Part shown: positions 10,981-24,300 of the stretch, one piece after another
Numbering within the stretch: the first letter of the stretch is position 1
Layout: every line of letters starts with the position of its first letter
Notes under the pieces: model-generated
What the model was told of the DNA's origin: nothing
What the model saw: only the letters and a program-made list of their open reading frames with translations
Database searches by the model: none
Program-made: the position numbers and the translations under genes
Source of the DNA: Eledone cirrhosa
Lineage: Eukaryota
Assembly (NCBI GenBank): GCA_964016885.1
Contig: OZ024760.1
Location: 32,116,001 to 32,180,000, forward strand
DNA: 64,000 nucleotides
Direction of reading: 5' to 3'

Positions 10981-11378
10981 GTATTAAAATGGGATTCCTC
11001 AGAACAGTGCGTAGCTCAGAGATCAGAAAGTCACTCCAGGTAAAGCCCCTACTTATCCGAACTGAGAGATCACAGCTCTGATAATATGGCCATGTGGTTA
11101 GAATGTCTCAGGATAGAATCACTGGATAGATTTTAAGGGCAAAACCAACCGACTAGAGACCCAGAGGTAGACCTCGAGCAAGATAGTTGGATAACATCCA
11201 TGAACTTGGCTGGCCATGTTTGGGGATCCTGCCGGATCAGTTGGAGACGGTTTCTACTGACAGGACCTGCTGGAAGGAGTGTTTCAGGACCCTACTCCCA
11301 CCACCATGACCCTACTCCCACCCCCACAACCCTACTCCCACTCCCATGACCCTCTCAGGAACAAGTGGGTGAAGAAGA
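10981..11378 (+). mobile_element. Decayed 3' end of a Rex3/Expander-like RTE LINE
   Basis: ERSQL..YGHVVRMSQDR...RPRGRPRAR.LDNIHELGWPCLGILPDQLETV...W..LLPP with stops; 20-bp triplication at ~11290-11350; GAAGAAGAA tail. Confidence 0.7.
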
Positions 11379-11499
11379 ACTTCGTTGAATTTCTGGACTA
11401 TTTGTGAAACATGTTGGTTGTTGTCATGGTGATGAGTTGGTTCTTTTCAACTGACTTTTGCTGGATATAATCGGGGAATTTTGTTGATCTCTGACTATT

Positions 11500-11732
11500 T
11501 TAATGCGGAGTTGACCCTTTTTGGCCAGTTGAACCCTGTTTATATAGCTGACCCCTACTTGTGTAGTTGGCTCCTTCTGGGGCAGTTGATCCCCCTATGT
11601 GCAGTTCTAAATACAATTTTCTGCCGTACTTTTAAATTTTCTGTCAAATACATGCTTACATGGTAAATGGTGGTTAAAAAGCTGAAAAAACACCCCTAAA
11701 TTTCTTTTTTAAAAGCCATTACATTACATTAG
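11500..11732 (+). repeat. Unclassified dispersed repeat with decayed ~18-19 bp internal repeats; inverted homolog at 56316-56650
   Basis: TTTTCTGTCAAATACATGCTTACATGGTAAATGGTGGTTAAAAAGCTGAAAAAACACCCCTAAATTTCTTTTTTAAAAGCCATTACATT aligns by eye to the reverse complement of 56316-56410; units like CAGTTGACCCC repeat about five times. Confidence 0.6.
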
Positions 11733-11834
11733 AAATACTTCTGAGACTCAGAGTCAGGTGCCATAACCCAGTCTTTGATATTCTCCGAGTCAGTGAAAAT
11801 ATAGCACTACCACTGCAGAGATTAAAGTTCTCCA

Positions 11835-12305
11835 GATGTAGAGGATACAGCCCAACAGATGTAGAAAGTACAGACCAACAGATGTAGAGAGTACGGTCCA
11901 ACAGATGTACAGAATAGAGCCCAACAGATGTAGAGAGTAGAGCCCAACAGATGTAGAGAGTAGAGCCCAACAGATGTAGAGCGTAGAGCCCAACAGATGT
12001 AGAGAGCAGAGACCAGCAGATGTAGAGAGTAGAGCCCTGCAGATGTAGAGAGTAGAGCCCAGCAGATGTAGAGAGTAGAGCCCTGCAGATGTAGAGAGTA
12101 AAGCCCTGCAGATGTAGAGAGTACAACCCAACGGAGGTAGAGAATATAGCCCAACAGATGTAGAGAGTGCAGCCCAACAGATGTAGAGAGTATATTCCAA
12201 CGGATGTAGAGAGTACAGCCCAACAGATGTAGAGAATAGAGCCCAACAGATGCAGAGAGTAGGGCCCAAAACATGTAGAGAGAACAGCCCAACAGATGTA
12301 GAGAG
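11835..12305. repeat. 22-bp tandem repeat, ~21 copies, AGCCCAACAGATGTAGAGAGTA-like
   Basis: Direct reading; grades directly into the 20-bp array. Confidence 0.92.
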
Positions 12306-15300
12306 TACAGCCCTACCACTGTAGATACAGTCCTACCACTGTCGATACAGCCCTACCACTGTAGATACAGTCCTACCACTGTAGATATATCCCTACCACT
12401 GTAGATACAGTCCTACCACTGTAGATACAGTCCTACCACTGTAGATACAGTCCTACCACTGTAGATACAGTCCTACCACTGTAGATACAGTCCTACCACT
12501 GTAGATACAGTCCTACCACTGTAGATACAGTCCTACAACTGTAGATACAGTCCTACCACTGTAGATACAGTCCTACCACTGTAGATACAGCCCTACCACT
12601 GTAGATACAGCCCTACCACTGTAGATACAGCCCTACCACTTTAGATACAGCCCTACCACTGTAGATACAGTCCTACCACTGTAGATATAGCCCTACCACT
12701 GCAGATATAGCCCTACCACTGTAGTTATAGCCCTACCACTGCAGATACAGTCCTACCACTGTAGATATAGTCCTACCACTGTAGATATAGTCCTACCACT
12801 GTAGATACAGTCCTACCACTGTAGATATAGCACTACCACTGCAGATATAGCCCTACCACTGTAGTTATAGTCCTACCACTGTAGATATAGCCCTACCACT
12901 GCAGATACAGTCCTACCACTGTAGATATAGTCCTACCACTGTAGATATAGTCCTACCACTGTAGATACAGTCCCACCACTGTAGATATAGCACTACCACT
13001 GCAGATATAGCCCTACCACTGTAGTTATAGTCCTACCATTGTAGATATAGCCCTACCACTGTAGATACAGCCCTACCACTTTAGATACAGCCCTACCACT
13101 GCAGATACAGTCCTACCACTGTAGATATAGTCCTACCACTGTAGATACAGTCCTACCACTGTAGATATAGCCCTACCACTGTAGATGTAGCCCTACCACT
13201 AGTTATAGTCCTACCAATGTAGATACAGCCCTACCACTGTAGATACAGCCCTGCCACTTTAGATAAGAGTCCTACCACTGTAGATACAGTCCTACCACTG
13301 TAGATATAGCCCTACCACTGTAGTTATAGACCTACCACTGTAGATATAGCCCTGCCACTGTAGATATAGCCCTACCACTGTAGTTATAGTCCTACCACTG
13401 TAGATGCAGTACTACCACTATAGATATAGTCCTACCACTGTAGATATAGTCCTACCACTGTAGATACAGCCCTACCACTGTATATACAGCCCTACCACTG
13501 TAGATACAGTTCTACCACTGTAGATACAGTTCTACCACTGTAGATACAGTCCTACCACTGTACATACAGCAATACCACTGTAAATATAGTCCTACAACAG
13601 TAGATACAGTCCTACCACTGTAGATACAGTCTTACCACTGTAGATATAGTCCTACCACTGTAGATACAGTCCTACCACTGTACATACAGCAATACCACTG
13701 TAAATATAGTCCTACAACAGTAGATACAGTCCTACCACTGTAGATACAGTCCTACCACTGTAGATACAGTCCTACCACTGTAGATAAGAGCCCTACCACT
13801 GTAGATATAGTCCTAGCACTGTAGATATAGTCCTAGCACTGTCGATACAGTCCTACCACTGTCGATACAGTCCTACCACTGTAGATACAGTCCTACCACT
13901 GTAGATATAGTCCTACCACTGTAGATACAGTCATACCACTGTAGATACAGTCCTACCACTGTAGATATAGTCCTACCACTGTAGATATAGTACTACCACT
14001 GTTGATACAGTCCTACCACTGTAGATACAGTCCTACCACTGTAGATGTAGTCCTAGCACTGTATATATAGTCCTACCACTGTAGATACAGTCCTACCACT
14101 GTAGATACAGTCCTACCACTGTAGATATAGTCCTACCACTGTAGATATAGTACTACCACTGTTGATACCGTCCTACCACTGTAGATATAGTCCTGCCACT
14201 GTAGATACAGTCCTACCACTGTAGATATAGTCCTACCACTGTAGATATAGTACTACCACTGTTGATATAGTCCTACCACTGTACATATAGTCCTACCACT
14301 GTATATACAGCCCTACCACTGTAGATACAGTCCTACCATTGTAGATGCAGTCATACCACTGTAGATACAGCCCTACCACTGTAGATATAGTCCTACCACT
14401 GTAGATATAGTACTACCACTGTAGATACAGTCCTACCACTGTAGATATAGTCCTGCCACTGTAGATACAGCCCTACCACTGTATATACAGTCCTACCACT
14501 GTAGATACAGTCCTACCACTGTAGATATAGTCCTAACACTGTATATACAGCCCTACCACTGTAGATACAGTCCTACCACTGTAGATACAGTCCTACCACT
14601 GTAGATATAGCCCTACCACTGTAGATACAGTCCTACCACTGTAGATACAGTCCTACCACTGTAGTTATAGTCCTACCACTGTAGATACAGTACTACCACT
14701 ATAGATATAGTCCTACCACTGTAGATATAGTCCTACCACTGTAGATACAGCCCTACCACTGTATATACAGCCCTACCACTGTAGATACAGTTCTACCACT
14801 GTAGATATAGTTCTACCACTGTAGATACAGTCCTACCACTGTACATACAGCAATACCACTGTAAATATAGTCCTACAACAGTAGATACAGTCCTACCACT
14901 GTAGTTACAGTCTTACCACTGTAGATATAGTCCTACCACTGTAGATACAGTTCTACCACTGTAGATACAGTCCTACCACTGTAGATAAGAGCCCTACCAC
15001 TGTAGATATAGTCCTACCACTGTAGATACAGTCCTACCACTGTAGATATAGTCCTACCACTGTAGATATAGTCCTACCACTGTAGATACAGTCCTACCAC
15101 TGTAGATACAGTCATACAACTGTAGATGCAGTCCTACCACTGTAGATATAGTCCTACCACTGTAGATACAGTCCTACCACTATATATACAGTCATACAAC
15201 TGTAGATGCAGTCCTACCACTGTAGATACAGTCCTACCACTGTAGATACAGTCCTACCACTGTATATACAGTCATACGACTGTAGATGCAGTCCTACCAC

Positions 15301-18300
15301 TGTAGATATAGTCCTACCACTGTAGATATAGCCCTACCACTGTAGATATAGTACTACCACTGTTGATACAGTCCTACCACTGTAGATATAGTCCTACCAC
15401 TGTAGATACAGCCCTACCACTGTATATACAGCCCTACCACTGTAGATACAGTCCTACCATTGTAGATGCAGTTATACCACTGTAGTTACAGTCCTACCAC
15501 TGTAGGTATAGTCCTACCACTGTAGATATAGTACTACCACTGTAGATACAGTCCTACCACTGTAGATATAGTCCTACCACTGTAGATACAGTCCTACCAC
15601 TGTAGATATAGTACTACCACTGTAGATACAGTCCTACCACTGTAGATATAGTACTACCACTGTAGATACAGTCCTACAACTGTAGATATAGTCCTACCAC
15701 TGTAGATATAGTCCTACAACTGTACATACAGTCCTACCACTGTAGATACAGTCCTACCACTGTAGATATAGTCCTGCCACTGTAGATACAGTCCTACCAT
15801 TGTAGATGCAGTTATACCACTGTAGTTACAGTCCTACCACTGTAGGTATAGTCCTACCACTGTAGATATAGTACTACCACTGTAGATACAGTCCTACCAC
15901 TGTAGATATAGTCCTGCTACTGTAGATATAGTACTACCACTGTAGATACAGTCCTACAACTGTAGATATAGTCCTACCACTGTAGATATAGTCCTACCAC
16001 TGTACATACAGTCCTACCACTGTAGATACAGTCCTACCACTGTAGATATAGTCCTGCCACTGTAGATACAGCCCTACCACTGTATATACAGTCCTACCAC
16101 TGTAGATACAGTCCTACCATTGTACATGCAGTCATACCACTGTAGTTACAGTCCTACCACTGTAGATATAGTCCTACCACTGTAGATACAGTCCTACCAC
16201 TGTATATACAGCCCTACCACTGTAGATACAGTCCTACCACTGTAGATACAGTCATACCACTGCAGATATAGCCCTACCACTGTAGTTATAGTCCTACCAC
16301 TGTAGATATGGCCCTACCACTGCAGATACAGTCCTACCACTGTAGATATAGTCCTACCACTGTAGTTATAGTCCTACCACTGTAGATATAGCCCTACCAC
16401 TGTAGATACAGCCCTACCACTTTAGATACAGCCCTACCACTGCAGATACAGTCTTACCGCTGTAGATATAGTCCTACCACTGTAGATACAGTCCTACCAC
16501 TGTAGATATAGCCCTACCACTGTAGATGTAGCCCTACCACTAGTTATAGTCCTACCAATGTAGATACAGCCCTACCACTGTAGATACAGCCCTACCACTG
16601 TAGATATAGTCCTACCACTGTAGTTATAGACCTACCACTGTAGATATAGCCCTGCCACTGTAGATATAGCCCTACCACTGTAGTTATGGTCCTACCACTG
16701 TAGATACAGTACTACCACTATAGATATAGTCCTACCACTGTAGATACAGTCCTACCACTGTAGATATAGCCCTACCACTGTAGTTATAGACCTACCACTG
16801 TAGATATAGCCCTGCCACTGTAGATATAGCCCTACCACTGTAGTTATAGTCCTACCACTGTAGATACAGTACTACCACTATAGATATAGTCCTACCACTG
16901 TAGATATAGTCCTACCACTGTAGATATAGCCCTACCACTGTAGTTATAGACCTACCACTGTAGATATAGCCCTGCCACTGTAGATATAGCCCTACCACTG
17001 TAGTTATAGTCCTACCACTGTAGATACAGTACTACCACTATAGATATAGTCCTACCACTGTAGATATAGTCCTACCACTGTAGATATAGCCCTACCACTG
17101 TATATACAGCCCTACCACTGTAGATACAGTTCTACCACTGTAGATACAGTTCTACCACTGTAGATACAGTTCTACCACTGTAGATACAGTCCTACCACTG
17201 TACATACAGCAATACCACTGTAAATATAGTCCTACCACTGTAGATACAGTCTTACCACTGTAGATATAGTCCTACCACTGTAGATACAGTCCTACCACTG
17301 TAGATACAGTCCTACCACTGTAGATAAGAGCCCTACCACTGTAGATATAGTCCTAGCACTGTAGATACAGTCATACCACTGTAGATACAGTCCTACCACT
17401 GTAGATACAGTCCTACCACTGTAGATACAGCCCTACCACTGTAGATACAGCCCTACCACTGTAGATACAGCCCTACCACTGTAGATACAGTCATACCACT
17501 GTAGATACAGTCCTACCACTGTAGATACAGTCCTACCACTGTAGATACAGCCCTACCACTGTAGATATAGTCCTACCACTGTAGATACAGTCATACCACT
17601 GTAGATACAGTCCTACCACTGTAGATACAGTCCTACCACTGTAGATACAGCCCTACCACTGTAGATATAGTCCTACCACTGTAGATACAGTCCTACCACT
17701 GTAGATACAGTCCTACCACTGTAGATACAGTCCTACCACTGTAGATACAGCCCTACCACTGTAGATATAGTCCTACCACTGTAGATACAGTCATACCACT
17801 GTAGATACAGTCCTACCACTGTAGATACAGTCCTACCACTGTAGATACAGCCCTACCACTGTAGATACAGTCCTACCACTGTAGATATAGTCCTACCACT
17901 GTAGATATAGTACTACCACTGTAGATACAGTCCTACCACTGTAGATACAGTCCTACCACTGTAGATACAGTCCTACCACTGTAGATATAGTCCTACCACT
18001 GTAGATATAGTACTACCACTGTAGATACAGTCCTACCACTGTAGATATAGCCCTACCACTGTAGATACAGTCCTACCACTGTAGATATAGTACTACCACT
18101 GTAGATACAGTCCTACCACTGTAGATATAGTCCTACCACTGTAGATATAGTACTACCACTGTTGATATAGTCCTACCACTGTACATATAGTACTACCACT
18201 GTAGATACAGTCCTACCACTGTAGATACAGTCCTACCACTGTAGATACAGTAATACCACTGTAGATATAGTCCTACCACTGTAGATATAGTACTACCACT

Positions 18301-21300
18301 GTTGATATAGTCCTACCACTGTACATATAGTACTACCACTGTAGATACAGTCCTACCACTGTAGATACAGTCCTACCACTGTAGATATAGTCCTACCACT
18401 GTACATATAGTACTACCACTGTAGATACAGCCCTACCACTGTATATACAGCCCTACCACTGTAGATACAGTCCTACCATTGTAGATGCAGTCATACCACT
18501 GTAGATACAGCCCTACCACTGTATATACAGTCCTACCACTGTAGATATAGTCCTACCACTGTAGATATAGTCCTACCACTGTAGATATAGTACTACCACT
18601 GTAGATATAGTCCTACCACTGTAGATATAGTCCTACCACTGTAGATATAGTCCTATCACTGTAGATACAGTCCTACCACTGTAGATGCAGTCATACCACT
18701 GTAGTTACAGTCCTACCACTGTAGATATAGTCCTACCACTGTAGATACAGTCCTACCACTGTAGATATAGTCCTACCACTGTAGATACAGTCCTACCACT
18801 GTAGATATAGTCCTACCACTGTAGATACAGTACTACCACTATAGATATAGTCCTACCACTGTAGTTACAGTCTTACCACTGTAGTATAGTCCTACCACTG
18901 TAGTTACAGTCTTACCACTGTAGATATAGTCCTACCACTGTAGATACAGTTCTACCACTGTAGATACAGTCCTACCACTGTAGATACAGTCCTAGCACTG
19001 TATATATAGTCCTACCACTGTAGATACAGTCCTACCACTGTAGATACAGTCCTACCACTGTAGATACAGTCCTACCACTGTAGATATAGTCCTAGCACTG
19101 TATATATAGTCCTACCACTGTAGATACAGTCCTACCACTGTAGATACAGTCCTACCACTGTACATACAGTCCTACCACTGGAGATATAGTCGTACCACTG
19201 TAGATATAATCCTACCACTGTATATACAGTCCTACCACTGTAGATACAGCCCTACCACTGTATATACAGCTCTACCACTTTAGTTACAGTCCTACCACTG
19301 TAGATATAGACCTACCACTGTAGATATAGTCCTACCACTGTAGATATAGTCCTACCACTGTAGATATAGTCCTACCACTGTTGATACAGTCCTACCACTG
19401 TAGATATAGTCCTACCACTGTACATACAGTCCTACCACTGGAGATATAGTCCTACCACTGTAGATATAGTCCTACCACTGTAGATATAGTACTACCACTG
19501 TAGATATAGTCCTACCACTGTAGATATAGTCCTACCACTGTAGATATAGTCCTATCACTGTAGATACAGTCCTACCACTGTAGATGCAGTCATACCACTG
19601 TAGTTACAGTCCTACCACTGTAGATATAGTCCTACCACTGTAGATACAGTCCTACCACTGTAGATATAGTCCTACCACTGTAGATACAGTCCTACCACTG
19701 TAGATATAGTCCTACCACTGTAGATACAGTACTACCACTATAGATATAGTCCTACCACTGTAGTTACAGTCTTACCACTGTAGTATAGTCCTACCACTGT
19801 AGTTACAGTCTTACCACTGTAGATATAGTCCTACCACTGTAGATACAGTTCTACCACTGTAGATACAGTCCTACCACTGTAGATACAGTCCTAGCACTGT
19901 ATATATAGTCCTACCACTGTAGATACAGTCCTACCACTGTAGATACAGTCCTACCACTGTAGATACAGTCCTACCACTGTAGATATAGTCCTAGCACTGT
20001 ATATATAGTCCTACCACTGTAGATACAGTCCTACCACTGTAGATACAGTCCTACCACTGTACATACAGTCCTACCACTGGAGATATAGTCGTACCACTGT
20101 AGATATAATCCTACCACTGTATATACAGTCCTACCACTGTAGATACAGCCCTACCACTGTATATACAGCTCTACCACTGTAGTTACAGTCCTACCACTGT
20201 AGATATAGTCCTACCACTGTAGATATAGTCCTACCACTGTAGATATAGTCCTACCACTGTAGATATAGTCCTACCACTGTTGATACAGTCCTACCACTGT
20301 AGATATAGTCCTACCACTGTACATACAGTCCTACCACTGGAGATATAGTCGTACCACTGTAGATATAATCCTACCACTGTATATACAGTCCTACCACTGT
20401 AGATACAGTCCTACCACTGTAAATATAGTCCTACCACTGTATATACAGTCCTACCACTGTAGATACAGTCCTACCACTGTAAATATAGTCCTACCACTGT
20501 AGATATAGTCCTACCACTGTAGATATAGTCCTACCACTGTAGATATAGTACTACCACTGTAGATATAGTCCTACCACTGTAGATATAGTCCTACCACTGT
20601 AGATATAGTACTACCACTGTATATACAGCCCTACCACTGTAGATACAGTCCTACCACTGTAAATATAGTCCTACCACTGTAGATACAGTCCTACCACTGT
20701 ATATACAGCCCTACCACTGTAGATACAGTCCTACCACTGTAGATACAGTCCTACCACTGTAGATACAGTCCTACCACTGTAGATATAGTCCTACCTCTGT
20801 AGATATAGCCCTACCACTGTAGATATAGTCCTACCACTGTAGATAAAGTCCTACCACTGTAGATACAGTCCTACCACTGTAGATATAGTCCTACCACTGT
20901 AGATATAGTACTACCACTGTGGATACAGTCCTACCACTGTAGATATAGTCCTACCACTGTACATACAGTCCTACCACTGTAGATATAGTACTACCACTGT
21001 TGATACAGCCCTACCACTGTAGATACAGTCCTACCATTGTAGATGCAGTCATACCACTGTAGTTACAGTCCTACCACTGTAGATATAGTCCTACCACTGT
21101 AGATATAGTACTACCACTGTAGATACAGTCCTACCACTGTAGATATAATCCTACCACTGTAGATACAATCTTACCACTGTAAATATAGTCCTACCACTGT
21201 ATATACAGTCCTACGACTGTAGATACAGTCCTACCACTGTAGATATAGCCCTACCACTGTAGATACATTACTACCACTGCAGATACAGTCCTACCACTGT

Positions 21301-24300
21301 AGATATAGCCCTACCACTGTAGATACAGTTCTACCACTGTAGATACAGTCCTACCAGTGTAGATATAGCACTACAACTGTATATATAGCCCTACTACTGT
21401 AGATATAGTCATAACACTCTAGATACACTCATACCACTCTAGATACAGCCCTACCACTGTAGATACTGTACTACCACTGTAGATACAGCCCTACCACTGT
21501 AGATACATTCTTACCACTGTAGAGATAGAACTACCACTGTAGATACAGCCCTACCACTGTAGATATAGTCCTACCACTGTAGATATAGCCCTACCACTGT
21601 AGATACAGTCATAACACTCTAGATACAGTAATACCACTGTAGATACAGCCCTACCACTGTAGATACAGCCCTACCGCTGTAGATACATTCTTACCACTGT
21701 AGAGATAGAACTAACACTGTAAATACAGCCCTACCACTGTAGATATAGTCCTACCACTGTAGATATAGCCCTACCACCGTAGATACAGTCATACCACTGT
21801 AGATATAGCCCTACCACTGTAGATACAGTCCTACCACTGTAGATACCGTCCTACCACTGTATATATACTCCTACCACTGTAGATACAGTCCTACCACTGC
21901 ATATATAGCCCTACCACTGTAGATACAGCCTTACCACTGTAGGTACAGTCCTACCACTCTAAATATAGTCCTACCACTGTATATACAGTCCTACCACTGT
22001 AGATACAGTCCTACCACTGTAGATACAGCCCTACCACTGTAGATATAGTCCTACCACTATAGATATAGTCCTACCACTGTATATATAGTCCTACCACTGT
22101 AGTTACAGACCTACCACTGTAGATATAGTCCTACCACTGTAGATACAGTCCTACCACTGTAGATACAGTCCTACCACTGTAGATATAGTCATACCACTGG
22201 AGATATAGCCCCACCACTGTAGATATAGCCCTAGCACTAAGATACAGTCCTACCACTGTAGATACAGTCCTACAACTGTAGATACAGTCCTACCACTGTA
22301 GATATAGTCCTACCACTGTAGATACAGTCCTACCACTGTAGATACAGTCCTACCACTGTAGATACAGTCCTACCACTGTAGATATAGTCCTACCACTGTA
22401 GATATAGCCCTACCACTGCAGATATAGCCCTACCACTGTAGTTATAGTCCTACCACTGTAGATATAGCCCTACCACTGTAGTTATAGTCCTACCACTGTA
22501 GATATAGCCCTGCCACTGTAGATATAGCCCTACCACTTTAGATACAGCCCTACCACTGCAGATACAGTTCTACCGCTGTAGATATAGTCCTACCACTGTA
22601 GATACAGTCCTACCACTGTAGATATAGCCCTACCACTGTAGATATAGCCCTACCACTAGTCATAGTCCTACCAATGTAGATACAGCCCTACCACTGTAGA
22701 TACAGCCCTACCACTTTAGATAAGATTCCTACCACTGTAGATACAGTCCTACCACTGTAGATATAGCCCTACCACTGTAGTTATAGACCTACCACTGTAC
22801 ATATAGCCCTGCTACTGTAGATATAGCCCTACCACTGTAGATATAGCCCTACCACTGTAGTTATAGTCCTACCACTGTAGATATAGTCCTACCACTGTAG
22901 ATACAGTACTACCACTATAGATATAGTCCTACCATTGTAGATATAGTCCTACCACTGTAGATACAGCCCTACCACTGTATATACAGCCCTACCACTGTAG
23001 ATACAGTTCTACCACTGTAGATACAGTTCTACAACTGTAGATACAGTCCTACCACTGTACATACGGCCCTACCACTGTAAATATAGTCCGACAACAGTAG
23101 ATACAGTCCTACCACTGTAGATACAGTCTTACCACTGTAGATATAGTCCTACCACTGTAGATATAGCCCTACCACCGTAGATACAGTCATACCACTGTAG
23201 ATATAGCCCTACCACTGTAGATACAGTCCTACCACTGTAGATACCATCCTACCACTGTAGATACCATCCTACCACTGTATATATAGTCCTACCACTGTAG
23301 ATACAGTCCTACCACTGCATATATAGCCCTACCACTGTAGATACAGCCCTACCACTGTAGGTACAGTCCTACCACTCTAAATATAGTCCTACCACTGTAT
23401 ATACAGTCCTACCACTGTAGATACAGTCCTACCACTGTAGATATAGTCCTACCACTATAGATATAGTCCTACCACTGTATATATAGTCCTACCACTGTAG
23501 TTACAGGCCTACCACTGTAGATATAGTCCTACCACTGTAGATACAGTCCTACCACTGTAGATACAGTCCTACCACTGTAGATATAGTCATACCACTGGAG
23601 ATATAGCCCCACCACTGTAGATATAGCCCTAGCACTAAGATACAGTCCTACCACTGTAGATACAGTCCTACCACTGTAGATATAGTCTTACCACTGTAGA
23701 TATAGTCCTACCACTGTAGATATAGTCCTACCACTGTAGATATAGTCCTACCACTGTAGATACAGTCCTACCACTGTAGATACAGTCCTACCACTGTAGA
23801 TACAGTCCTACCACTGTAGATACAGTCCTACCACTGTAGATATAGTCCTACCACTGTAGATATAGTCATACCACTGGAGATATAGCCCCACCACTGTAGA
23901 TATAGCCCTAGCACTAAGATACAGTCCTACCACTGTAGATACAGTCCTACCACTGTAGATATAGTCTTACCACTGTAGATATAGTCCTACCACTGTAGAT
24001 ATAGTCCTACCACTGTAGATATAGCCCTACCACTGTAGATACAGTCCTACCACTGTAGATACAGTCCTACCACTGTAGATACAGTCCTACCACTGTAGAT
24101 ACAGTCCTACCACTGTAGATATAGTCCTACCACTGTAGATATAGCCCTACCACTGCAGATATAGCCCTACCACTGTAGTTATAGTCCTACCACTGTAGAT
24201 ATAGCCCTACCACTGTAGTTATAGTCCTACCACTGTAGATATAACCCTGCCACTGTAGATATAGCCCTACCACTGTAGATACAGCCCTACCACTTTAGAT

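Noticed and set aside
11719-12319. Three overlapping minus-strand ORFs of 159-175 aa
   Set aside because: The same 22-bp repeat read in three frames.
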